This document shows, piece after piece, positions 26,310-38,650 of a stretch of DNA of 64,000 bases. The notes beneath the pieces were generated by a model. The model made no database searches and had not been told where the DNA came from. It was given only the letters and a program-made list of their open reading frames with translations. The position numbers and the translations under genes were made by a program. Within the stretch, counting starts at the first letter, position 1, and every line of letters starts with the position of its first letter. Origin of the DNA: Fimbriosthenelais zetlandica. Taxonomy: Eukaryota. The stretch spans positions 21,948,001-22,012,000 of the forward strand of contig OZ365110.1 of NCBI GenBank assembly GCA_977030845.1. Direction: 5' to 3'.

Positions 26310-29300
26310 AGAGCCATATTTCACATCTATTAGTCTACATTGTACAACCGTAGGCTAAAGCATTGTTGTGCAACTCAGCCTCTACCTGAATTCATCCCTA
26401 TACCCTATCTTTTGTGTCATCGTATCTTGATCATTCATCTCAGCCTAAGTGCTCTCAGTATAGAGCCAGGGTAACAGTGTAGAATTTCACTGGAAGGATG
26501 CTAGCAAGTTGTGTGTTAACCTGGAATATACACGCCATCAAGTGTGAAACGGGTTCACGGACTTCACTAACGACGTGAAATAAGTTGCTCTTCTTCCGTG
26601 ACACCCTGTGGTAATAGCTTAAAAGCCACATTTGCCAAGTTGACGTGGTGTCGGAGAGCACTGGATTGAAAGGGTTTTATGACATTGAGTTCAGAGCCTC
26701 TTTATGCGGGGAGATGTGCAACATTATCCAGTGGAAATTCAGTGGGAACATCAGGCTTTTTCATCACAAGATGTTGGGAACATACCTTAGGGAAATCGTA
26801 TCTTTGGAAAAAAAATATTGAATTATTAAACACGCTTTCTATAATCTCTTTTGTTTTTGTGATGGGATCTTTTTAACTACATTGTACTGTCATGCACAAC
26901 AGCTGCCTCATTGCTGCCTATTTCAAAAGAAAGAACGCTAAGTCTATGGCTATTTTTTTATTTGAAATGGGCTCCTGTAGGGTGAAACTAAATTAATTCA
27001 TTTTGAAGGATGCTAGGGCTTTATTAATTACTACCCCAACTTGGCTTCACAGTTGAAACATACCTCAACATACCCCAGCTATTTATGTTGGACTTATGTC
27101 CAATAAAATTGGACAGCAACTACTTTTATTAGTGAGGCCCGTGATGGTCTAATTGTATTGGGATGCCCGGATGCAATGAGTGGAGACAGCAACTTATTAT
27201 CTGATTCCTAGGCCTATATCTTTTTATGGAAAATTGATAAAGTTTTCTCAATTAATTGAAATCAAATTGCTAAATTGAAGATCTTGTTCAAGTTAGGTGC
27301 TCAGGATCGGCTGTTAGGTCAGGTTAAATTTGATTAGGATTCAAAAAGTCAGAGGCTAAACGGAAATTAAAGTCAAGAATCCAACTGTTACAAATAATGT
27401 ACAGACATGGGATAGGACTCCTTTTCCCTGTAAATAGCGGCGTAATGTATTAATTTTATTCAACATGGGTAACATTTCAACCATTTAAATCATATTTTCT
27501 CTTGGATTTTCAACCCAGGAAATGTCAGTGTTGCGAATTATTAAATTGGAGTACATGTTTATGCCAAAATAATACGGTTTCGATTCCGATACTTCCAAGA
27601 ACCAAATAATGCTAAACAATATAACCAGTACCCGATTGCAACCTATAGCTCCCTTGAAAATTTTGGGAATTTTCTTTCTCAATATTATTTCAAAATTTAT
27701 TTTTTTTCTTTCAAAATAATAGGGCTTGAAATTGTGTAAAAAAAAAACATAATTCAAGGTCGACGTGTTTCGGTGATCTCAATTCCCACTGGGTCCTCAA
27801 TCCACCCACCCCCTTAGGCCAGATCTTGATCCGCCCCACCCCTCCACATGCATCTTCAAGGTATGATGAACTTATTCCGGATTGCCTTCACCTTTCATCA
27901 TCCAACCCCCTTCCTCAGCATCAATAAGTAATGAACCACCACGACCACCCATAGCCATACAGTAGCAGACCCCTCTCAGAAATAACATTGATGTTCCAAT
28001 GATTTCACGCCCTGACTGTCACTTGCAGTGAAGGATGGCAATATATGTGAGAGATAATTCCCACTATGTCTTCTCTAGCCACCTAATCATGCCCCATTGT
28101 CTTTATAAATTGCCCGCCACATCAGCATTGCGTAATCATTGCAGCGTGAGATGGTGTCTTCACTTACCTCCACCATGATGTATCGCTGAAATAGGTCATC
28201 ATAATTCTCACATCTACATTTCTTCCACCAAGTCTTATTTTATTTCTTTCTGGGGTGAGTGTGGAGGGAGCTGAATAATGCTACTTTATTCGTAGTCGAT
28301 TTCCATTCAGAACTGCAGACTGCATGTACTTATAAGCTCGACCTTCAAATTTCATTTATTTTTGAGTGGGGTGGATGTCTCCCTAAAAGATTTATATGAT
28401 TTTATGATTAAATTTGTGTTTTGATACTGAACGAAACTATGTCCTCTAAAAGGTGTGGATATGAATGATAGTTTATAGACGGATATGAGTTTAAGGCCAT
28501 GACAGCATGCAGGATCATTACACGTGATTGCTAAATTGCACATAATACGCAGTGAGAATATTTAGTTACACGGATGCTAATGCGAGTTATTTCCTTTTAA
28601 TTGAATAAGAACTTCTGCGCACATAGACGTCATGCTCCCAAGTTTGATCCAGAGGGTATTAAGTTTTGTGGAGTGAACTGATTTATCAAACAGATAGATA
28701 TTTAGTCATCCTTTGAAATGAAAATTTTTCATTATTTACGTCCCTTATTCTCCCGGCTGATGGCATTAGCTTGATGTTTGGTGCATTAGCTTATAATACC
28801 AAGACAAAGAGATATGATCGTGTTTTATTCCCATGTTTACTGCCCATTCCCGCTTAGATTGCTAGTGTTCACGACAATAGACAATCCAATCCCCCATCCC
28901 AAAATAAGGCCACCTCGTCAATCTTGCCTGGCACCGTGAGAGACTCCAGGAAAAAAACTGGAGTGGAACCAGTTGTGCCTTCAGTGTACTCAGGTTCCCC
29001 AGCCAAAATCAGAACAAACACCGCTCTCCTACAGATGCAGGAAAATGAATTAGGAAGGGATGTGAATTATTGTTTTGCAAGGAACATGTTTTTCTTTAAT
29101 CATTTTGTGGAGAAATAATTTAATAAAAGAATAAATAATACTTGGACATATTGTCCTAAATGAGGTAGCTCAACTGGACTTTTTTGCCACAACTGCCAGT
29201 GGTACCGGATATTGCGATTGAGGCAGCAGAAAACAAAATCGTAACATAATTGCAAGGTAAAAGAACTCCAATGGAGCTACCAAATGATTTCTGTATATAT

Positions 29301-32300
29301 GCTGTTACAGATCAAGCAATGATACATTTTCCTAGAGAAACTCCAGATGATAGTATTCACCAGAAGTGTGTTCTCTATAAATTGAGTTTCTGATCTCCTG
29401 CCCTCCCCCTGCCTTTGCTGCATGCACATTGGCTAATCTTTATGATGTCAGAGCCATGAGACCGTTAGTGATGTTATGGGGTAATAGGACATCAAGTAGG
29501 CCTAAAACAGGCAATCATCTTGTGTCCAACTGCTCTGAAAAATGAGACTAAATCACGGCTGTTCCCTGTATTGAAAATGTCCATGCGCAGTGTTAAATAG
29601 AATATGAGAAAATGATCATAATCAGAGTTGGATAACTCGCTTACTAGGCCCCAACTCCTGCTTTGTCTTTATCATACATGTACTTGCTCCTAATAATTTC
29701 CAAGCAAAAATTAGTATAGAAAGGATTACATCATTCGTTGAAATTGAACTACATTGTATTGGATTATAAATGCCCTTTGGATCACTGTTTGGAATGTCAA
29801 TCATTTCAGATCAGTGTTAATTGTCGGTGCGCCGCAATTTACCCTTATTTTACTCTTATCACCAGAGACCTCCTGGAACTGTGCTAGTTGAGACTTCATG
29901 GAGCTTCCAGGTTAATTTATAGGGCAGAAATGACCAATTGAAGGAATGTAAATGCACCTGTGAAGTCCATTATACCACCATGAGCACATTGGTATTTGTT
30001 AGTGACCATGCGCTGGCTGATTGCTTTTCTCAGTTTCACACATGCCTCTCCATGTGCACAAGGCACATTGAAGTAATATATGGCAGGACATGGATTTTTG
30101 TTCGGACACAGAGCCGTAGTAATTTCAGCTTTATGGAGACCGGGCCATTACATTGAGCCAGGTCAGATGCACCCTACAACCTCAGCCACATATATTCCCA
30201 CTCCTCTAATTAGGTTTTGTATTGTGTCTCTTTCTGAATACGGGGGTATCTGACTACATTTATAGTATATAGAAACGATGAACAGATTGGAAATACATGT
30301 TTCCCTTGCTAATTCATGTAATAAAAGACTGATATAGCAAACTCGACAATTTCCGTTCCCAATCAGGTACAATAATTTGTACTAGTGGAACCCCGTTTCG
30401 GACCCGGATGTATATAGTTTTAAACAAAGAATCAAAGATAAGATGTGAGAATTTGATGACGTTCCTTATTACATCAGCCCCATTCTTTGCCCTCTATCTA
30501 CCTCCTTCATCCACCCCCACTCCTTCCTATATACAATGCAGAACCATCTCTGCCAGTGGTTGCCTTAGAACATTAGTCTCTTCAACCGCAGACTCCAGCA
30601 TGCAATTACTGACAGCCTGCTGCTATTAAGATATGTAAGTAACTCATTGAATATGACAAAAGGTGATTTACGAGCTTGGGATGGGACTGAAAAAGCCTCT
30701 CCTCGAAAACAAATGGGAGTTCATTAACACTGAATTTATTAAGAAAACTTCCACCCAATTTAAATGGGTAAGCTCTGTCATTGAGTACACTGCCTAACTG
30801 GAGATTTGTTCATTTTTTTTGTGGAAAATCTGTGGCATATATTGTTTAATTTTACAATAATATCAGACAAAGTTTAGCAGGAAACCACCTAATAGTCTCC
30901 ATAGGAGAGCATTAATCGTTATTGATTGAGCATGAAACAAAATATCCTCATTGCAGACTAAACAGTTATTGACTGATTACTGTCGTGTTTGGATGGAAGA
31001 ACCGGGATAATAAAATAAAACAAGCAATGATAAATTCCACGAAAATGGGATCTGAAAGATAAAAGAGCTTGATTTTCATTCTAGAGGAAGCCAATTTCCT
31101 CGGTGACAAAGTTGGGCTCAATAAATTGACAACCTGTCTTGTTAAATCATGATAGGCTATTAGTCTTCGCCCTGCCTTTTCCTTTATTGGAAAAAAATGG
31201 AGATCAATTTTTCGATATTTGGCTCCATTTGTCCATGTGCGTTCAATTGTGAATCTGAGTCTTAAATATATCACTTAAATATAATCTATTCAAATTCATT
31301 CATACTGAGATGTATCTTACTTTGTATCAATGACAAAATTGACATAGATTGATGGAATGCACCAAGAGGTTGGCATCAATTGTGCCATGCATTCTAGCTA
31401 GGATGGGGCTTTAAGAGAACCATTTCTAAAGTGAAAATGAACGAATGGTGGTGAGCCTTCCATGAATAATGCATTTCAATTATGGATAATTGCTCGGAGC
31501 TTGTCAAATGTAGGGCTTGAATTTTACATATAGTAAATTAAGCTGCCTTAATTATGTCAACATCAGCTGGTGGTTGTTGTCCTAGGTGTAATTCATGTAC
31601 CAGCAAGCTCTAAACCACTTCTCTTACTAGTCAAATGCTTCAAGTCATGCAAACACCCCATCAACTGCTCTTTTTAACACTTACTCTCATTCCTCTTGTA
31701 AACAGGTCTCCTCAGCTATTCATTTTTGATCACAAGGGTAAAGATTAAAAGTGAAAATGATTTAAAACTGTAATTATTGCTTTTATAAAAATGTTTGAAG
31801 TCTGAAACCAATTTTCCATATATTTTTTAAAGATAGAACTTCCTAATAAGAAGTCATCGCTACAGAGTATACATAAAATCCATTTTCCATTTTGAACCTT
31901 CGTCCTTTCTTTTTTTTCCTTCCCTTTTCATGTATTAGGATGTCTGTAGAGACCCAAACTGTCTACATGAAGTAATGTACATTTTTCTATGAGATGATTA
32001 TGGTGTTTTATCAGATGTTTCGATTGATATATTATTTTCAATGTGTTTAAAAAAGAAGACAACCTGCCTGTCAGGCGGAAGAAGGGAGGGAAATAGTTGC
32101 CATAGACTTCCTCCTGTCTCACCTTCAACTCTTTTATCATCGGATGTAGTGATTGAGACGTGGAGTAAAACCTACTGGGTGTAAGCATTACAGAAACAAA
32201 AAAAAACAACCTTCACTTCTTTTTTTGCTGAGGCTGGCATCGATAAAACCTTCTTTAACAAGGGGATGTTTCTGACACCTTGTCTATAAAACAAAGACAA

Positions 32301-32474
32301 AACATTTTGCTTCCATCAATACTATACAATAATATTGTTAAATGAAATTTTCTAGTTGAGATTAAAATAGCTTCCATGTGATACAAGACTCTGAAATACT
32401 AGATTATTTCTGGTATAATCTATAACCCATACAGGCAAATGTTTGTAGATCCAAAGCCAACCACAATGAATGAT

Positions 32475-32565
32475 TGACGTCAAAATGGCCTTCAGATGGC
32501 CACAAGGGGCACCGTGACAAGTGACCCGGAACTGCTGGGAATGTCAAATTCAATCGCTGACGTCA
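32475..32565. promoter_or_regulatory. Two perfect CRE palindromes (TGACGTCA) with a YY1-like word
   Basis: TGACGTCA occurs at 32475-32482 and 32558-32565, with AAAATGGCC directly after the first, in a CpG-richer patch. Confidence 0.4.
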
Positions 32566-32632
32566 CACACCAGTGGCGCGCCCTTGTGCAATAACACATG
32601 GGGATTTAAATCTGCATTTGTCAATAGGGGGG

Positions 32633-32681
32633 CAGTTTCTATGCCTCGTGGATTTTTCAAATCCACGAGGCATAGAAACTG
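32633..32681. repeat. Perfect 23-bp-stem hairpin with a 3-nt loop (possible minimal MITE or TIR-TIR fusion)
   Basis: cagtttctatgcctcgtggattt (32633-32655), loop ttc, then aaatccacgaggcatagaaactg (32659-32681), with no mismatches. GGG flanks both sides. Confidence 0.9.
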
Positions 32682-35120
32682 GGGTGTTCTGGGACAAGTT
32701 GAGTGAGGTCGGGGCTGGAGGACAAATGCACCGACAGTGGTACATTAATAATGCATTTTCATATCCCAAGGTGGTTAGTCCCTGGAGGGCGTTTTGATCA
32801 GATTTATAGCATCATAGGACTGCTTTTACATTAGAGACATTCGCTCGGTCGGTCATCAGGATCGGGGTGTATGGGTATTATAATCGGATCGAAACTGAAT
32901 CTCCTTATAGGCTATTCCTTTATATATATGATATATATAACAAATATCATAGAGCTGGTCCTGCCACTGAGAAATGATTCAAAACTGAACCTAGGCAGGT
33001 ATCTTGATGCTAGGTATTTAACGTTGGTCGTTTAGCCTTTATTATAAGTGTAATATTGCTTATGCAACTGGATCGATTGCACTCGGAATGATTGTATTTT
33101 TGTTCCGGGGACTTATCACTTTCAAATACTACATTTCATACTGTCTGGGTCTGAAAGGTTAGGCTACTTCACATTTATGAAGCAAGTTCTCCAAGTGACT
33201 GGAGTTGTATGGAATGCTTTTGTATGGACTGAATTCATATTGTGATTTCTGATATGTACAGACCAATGGGATAGAACTCTTTATTCAGATTACTATACTT
33301 GTCTTTGATATTATGTTTTCCACTCTCATAGTTATACAGACTGGAGATGGTCATATTCAGCAAGCATTAGAACATGATCATGCCGCTTCATACATGATGT
33401 AGGTCTTTGCTACTGACGCCCTTACAAGCTGTACGTTCTATACAGACATAATAGAGAATATGATAGCCCCTGTGGAATATCTGTAAGGCAATCCTGCAAG
33501 AGGAAGAAGCGGATCATTGTTCAGCCCTTCTCAAAGAGGACAAGGCTTTTTAATGCCCCACTCACATGCCATTGTACTTAGCAGACAGAGTGTAAAACAG
33601 GACAGAAGCTCTCCATTCGAAATGTATGTATAGAATCCAGATGCAAAGCTCTCAAAGCTTAAGCTTTGCGGTGGGATATTGCAATAGAATGTGGCTAATT
33701 TGTCCCTCAAATCTCGCAGGCTATTCATGTGATTACCATTTGTGCAATTACAGAAGGTAATATTCCCGCTATAATTGTAGTCTCTGAGGGTGGTAGAACG
33801 AGTGGTTTTTTCATATTATTGCTTAATGGGAATTTCGGCATTAAATGAAAATCTTTTCATTCCCAAATAAAAATATTATTCTTCTCTGATGAGAAAATCA
33901 TGCCAATATTTGTGCTTTTATTTTCAATCATGGCCGATGAAGAAGAAAAATTGACCTCGTTGTGCCTCATCTGTCACGAATGTTAACAATTGTAATTCGA
34001 CGTAACGAATTAATTTTTTGATGGTACAACTTTACTGTACACCAGTGTACCTTACTCAAGTACTGCTTGATATTATAAATATACGAAACACAACTCAACG
34101 AACATGTTGGCATCTCTGACCTTGCTTTAAAACCAAGTAAAGGAGAAAGTCATAAATACATGTTATCTCCCATCCCCCACCATTTTGCTCAAGCCTAGCG
34201 GTGTGAACTTTGGGCTGGGATTTAGGATCAATGTTTGCTGGCCCAGCTTAGTCCCTGCTGACATTGTTTATTTGTGAAGACAATGTCGGACAAGCCCATC
34301 CAGTATTGACCTTTTTGGCACCCGGAAAATGACCTTGTCTTCTTCCTTCATGGTCTGAAAGCCGTAAATTGAACAATGGACGTCAACACCGGGTTACGTC
34401 CGGGAAATAATCAGGAGACATTGATTTAGAGTCAGGACTGATTATGAGTCTTCCTCTCATGGTGTGGGGGCATTGCCTCTTGGGTCACTGCCTCAATTAA
34501 GTCACGGCCGTAGAAATATTTGTCAAGCCATTCTGTTTTATATATTTGTATTATCATGTGTGTGATCCAAGGAAATATTTCCAGTCAAGTCAAGACTAAG
34601 TGGAAATCCTCCGGGGAGTACTTGCTATATCGCATGCATGTTTGAGAGACTGCATAGATACACGTTTTCCCGAAAAGAAAGTTAGTACATGTAGAATTCC
34701 TGCCCCCCTATTGCGACCACCTCTATTGGCAAGGTGGTTTCTTTAGGGGGTATATTTATTAACATTTAAGAATGAAATAGGACCAGGTAATCGTATAGGG
34801 GAGTGCTTATATAATGGAAGTGGTAGCATTGGGGAGCAACATACTTCTTTTGCATAGTTTGCAAGAAGCAAAAAGTTTTTTTATGGATAGAAACAGATAA
34901 CTTCAATATGTCGCTAATGATGTAGGGCAAACTGCAGGTGTTATTGATCACCTTGGATAATCAAGATCTCGATACAACCAATGGATTTTGTAGATATTCA
35001 GGACCGGTCTCATTGTGAATTCAATATTGAAAATTGACTGTAAATTACATCAATATCTATATCAATATCTATAGTAATATGCGCTTCAGTGGAGATGTTC
35101 TCCTATTGGGTCTTATTTTA

Positions 35121-35153
35121 GGTGTGTGTGTGGGGGGTGGGGGGGGGGGGGGG
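35121..35153. repeat. (GT)n followed by a G15 run
   Basis: ggtgtgtgtgtggggggt is followed by 15 G residues. Confidence 0.9.
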
Positions 35154-35205
35154 ATTTTAAGTGAAAGGAAAAATTCTCAGAAATAAATTACCAATTTGGT
35201 TTGAT

Positions 35206-35539
35206 TGTGATTGATTGAATGGGGTTTAACGTCACTTTTGAACAATTTTTCAGTTATATCATGACGGTGCCTACTTGTGACAGTGAGCCCAATGCTCTTT
35301 TATAGTGCTGACTCACTGAGGTATCATGTCGCAGGCACATGACATGATATCTCACCCAGTCACATTATACTGACACCGGGTTGACCAGTCCTAGCACTGT
35401 CCTCTTTTTGCTGAGTGCCAAGCGAGGGAGCCACTAGTCCCATTTTTTCAGTCTTTGGTATGACCCGGCCGCGGTTCGAACCAGCGACCTTCCACACACG
35501 GGGCGGACACTCTATAACCACTACACCACCGCGGTGGTG
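35206..35539 (-). mobile_element. Full-length tRNA-derived SINE with 13-bp TSD
   Basis: On the minus strand: A box TGGTGTAGTGG and B box GGTTCGAACC in a tRNA-like head; central body containing CCGGTGTCAGTATAATGTGACTGGGTG, which resembles, from memory, the conserved central domain of molluscan/metazoan SINEs (family name not certain); 3' end GACGTTAAACCCC plus an (ATCA)n-like tail. The identical direct repeat AATTTGGTTTGAT lies at 35193-35205 and 35540-35552. Confidence 0.9.
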
Positions 35540-37332
35540 AATTTGGTTTGATGAATACCAGTGCCAATGGTATCAGGGAACTTGTCTAGGTAACTCTGAA
35601 GTTGCCAATTATAACCCTGGGTCACATCCCTGGAGATCAATCACTTTTTGCGCTTACTAGAATGCAATATTCATGTAACACAGGGCAATCAAAGGGTAAT
35701 CGAATGAGAATGAATTGGCAATAGATTTTCATAGCCCTTGGCCCTTGGCGTTTTGAGATTGGCAATCATTTAGAAAGAATAGCGTGAAATATCATGGCAT
35801 GGGGGTTTGGTCAATTGTCACGAATGAGCAATAATTTGCGAGCATCATCTCTGGGACTGTTTCTATATGATTTGTGATTTATCATCTGTTGAATGGATGT
35901 TCAACGTTTTAGTACTCTATCTTGTACAGATAGTTCTGGTAATTCTGTCAAAAGATTAAAGGTTATAGGCTCATCCTTTCCATATTTTAATCTTGGTGTT
36001 CGTATTCGTCCTGAGATAGCCAACAAAATTACTGACACGAGATTAAACAACTATTGTGCATTCAGCCAGTCAGTCAGTCCGTCCCTCACTCACACACCCC
36101 TCGCTCCCGCACCCTCTCACTCACTTTAATCTTTGTATGTCAGAATAAAAACCCTTCGGTAGGACTCCTGGAAAATTAGTAAAATTAGCGAAAGTACCAA
36201 TATTTATGAACATCAACAGCAGAAATTGTCAAAGTTTTCTCACCGAGATCTGATAGTAGACAGATGGGCAGGCATTCAGAGCACAGCGCCTGAGCCACTT
36301 CCCACATGCTCTTCACGCTCCCAGGCTCTGCTCAATGCCACTCAATTATAGCTCCCAGCTAAACAGGTCACTTTACCAACGGAGCATTAAATGAACATGA
36401 AGAACACTTGAGAAAATCCACTCACCGTCAGAGAAATTAGTCAAGAGCATCAACTCCTGGCATACAAATTATCAGAACTTTAGCTGTGAAGAACAACTTG
36501 TTTCTGATGTCTTTGATGATCTCTCAGAATGATAGTTTTAATTTGGCTATTTGCAACATGCCCCAATTTGGTTACATTGAATTACACATAATATTACTGT
36601 TTATTGAATCCCAGTTATTTTGCATCAGATCAGATACATACTAGAGCTTCAGAGCCAGGTTAGATCGAGCCCAAACTTGTTCTTTCTACTTCTGGATGTA
36701 ATACTTCCTGACCTAACTGAAGCTGAAGTATTTGTGCATTCCCCTGATTAAATCGGGAGTCAGTCTGAAACTGATCGAATTTTCACCCAGATTGGGCATA
36801 TATATGACCGGCAAACTCTGTTTCAAGTTGGTGAAAAAAAAGTGAATTTCTCTTCAAACCTGGAATGATGGCCTCCAAGCTGTTCGTATTGTAACATCTA
36901 AAGCTGAGAATGACACCAGGTAATAGGAACTTCTCCTTCACTGATTAGCTCAGGGACAAACATGATTCTTGTAGTCCTTGTTGATAATATACTTAAACAA
37001 ACCCCATCTGTTTTGACCAGCTTTCCCAAGCTGCTAATTTAAAGATGGATCATTTCCTATCCTCTTTCTCAAACTGGCTAAGGTTGCTGCTAATTTTCTT
37101 ATCCAAGATCCAGTGTCAGGTGCTCTGCAGCTTCAACTGATTACCGATGTTTTGTGAAAGCGAGATCGCTCCTCATTTAAAAAGTAAGGCCAAATCATCT
37201 TATTTTATAGAGAAACAGAATCGGCTATCTTGAATTTGAGAACTAATATAATAGTTACATTTGTGTGATTTCATTTACCTAGCATCATGTCATTGACTAA
37301 CAAATACAGGAGATCATAGAAATTTCATAATT

Positions 37333-37511
37333 GGAGGGATGGAAATGCAGGAAGAGAGATGGGAATTGAGGAAGAGAGCTGGATGGAGTGAAAGATATAG
37401 GGAGAAAAATAGATGGAGGGAGTGAGAGAGAGGGGAGAGATGAAGAGAGAAAGAGATAGCTGGAGGAAGAGAGAAAGAAAGAGAAGGAGTGAATTAAAGA
37501 AATGAAGAGAA
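37333..37511. repeat. Purine-rich (GA) low-complexity tract
   Basis: About 180 bp dominated by GA/GAA/GGA words. Confidence 0.85.
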
Positions 37512-38540
37512 CACTCAGTAATCAACAAGCCTCAATTTAGACTGGACAGTATAGAGTACTGTACCTGAGTAGAGAGGTATACCCATCCTGTTTTAATCTG
37601 CCTATAACATGTCCTCCACGTCTTTGTCATTATGGCCTACCAGGAGCATCCTCTACATTCCATCTATAGTCCCATATCATAGGGATCCTTCATTATGCAT
37701 GACTAGCTATGTACAGTATGCCATTCATCATTTTAGCAATTAATCTAATTATTCCGCATTGCTTCCCCGGATTCGCTCCGTGTCGATGACTCCACCGCAT
37801 TGACACGGGTACCAATTCATCTCTGTCATTCTCTAAAGGGACAAATGGAATATAATCAAGCTACAGTGTAACTCATACATAGACGCTTTTTACACAAATA
37901 GCTGTGAAGTGGCTGCATACTTGATCAAGTGCAACATACATTAATAGTTTGAGAGAATTGAAGATCTGTCATGAATTATTATAGAGTGTGAGGATGGAAT
38001 GGGTTCTATGTTTGGATTAATCTAGATTATTTAATGGAATCTGTTAACGATATCTCAGTCATAACATTGCCTGCAAAGACTACACTTTTAAATTACGTTA
38101 TAAATCGTTCAATAAGATGGCAAGGACACTTTATGTGGTTCCAACATAAAATGTCCCTGATGTTTCACTTATAACTTGACTGCTACAGGCTTTATAGCAG
38201 ATTAGCTTTGAACCATCTTCCGCACAAAAATACTTTGTATAAGTACACGATTGAGTGTGAGCTGAATCTGAATTTTTGCCTTCAAGTCCTCGCCATTTAC
38301 ATTTAAATTATATTTGCAATTCAAATGCAAAATCGATTTCTCTTAACCAATCATGCCATATCAGCTAGAATGGCGAGCTCTGCACCCAGGCTGCAAAGAC
38401 TCGTACATTTTTGCCATATGTGAGGCTATATCGACTCAGATATAGCACATATTGAAGATGACATATATATTAAATATTTTAAAAATCTTAATTACACATA
38501 TCACAGTTGGCGTGGCTGGCTGAGTTTTTGGTTCCTGAAA

Positions 38541-38650
38541 CTGACTGACTGACTGAATGATTCAGTGAGCCAGTCACCCATCCACTCACTCCCTCAGAAT
38601 CACTCACTCACTCACTCGTTCACTCATTCACTTGCTCAATCGCTCACTTG
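38541..38650. repeat. Degenerate (CTGA)n followed by (CACT)n tetranucleotide repeats
   Basis: ctgactgactgactgaatga at 38541-38560, then cactcactcactcactcgttcactcattcac further downstream. Confidence 0.8.

Noticed and set aside
32621-34712. Shared 14-mer CAATAGGGGGGCAG at ~32622 (+) and ~34700 (-)
   Set aside because: Several 14-bp matches are expected by chance between any two positions of a 64-kb window.
37741-38029. Paired-homeodomain P3 site TAATCTAATTA (37741) and palindrome TAATCTAGATTA (38018)
   Set aside because: About one such AT-only site is expected by chance in 64 kb of this composition.
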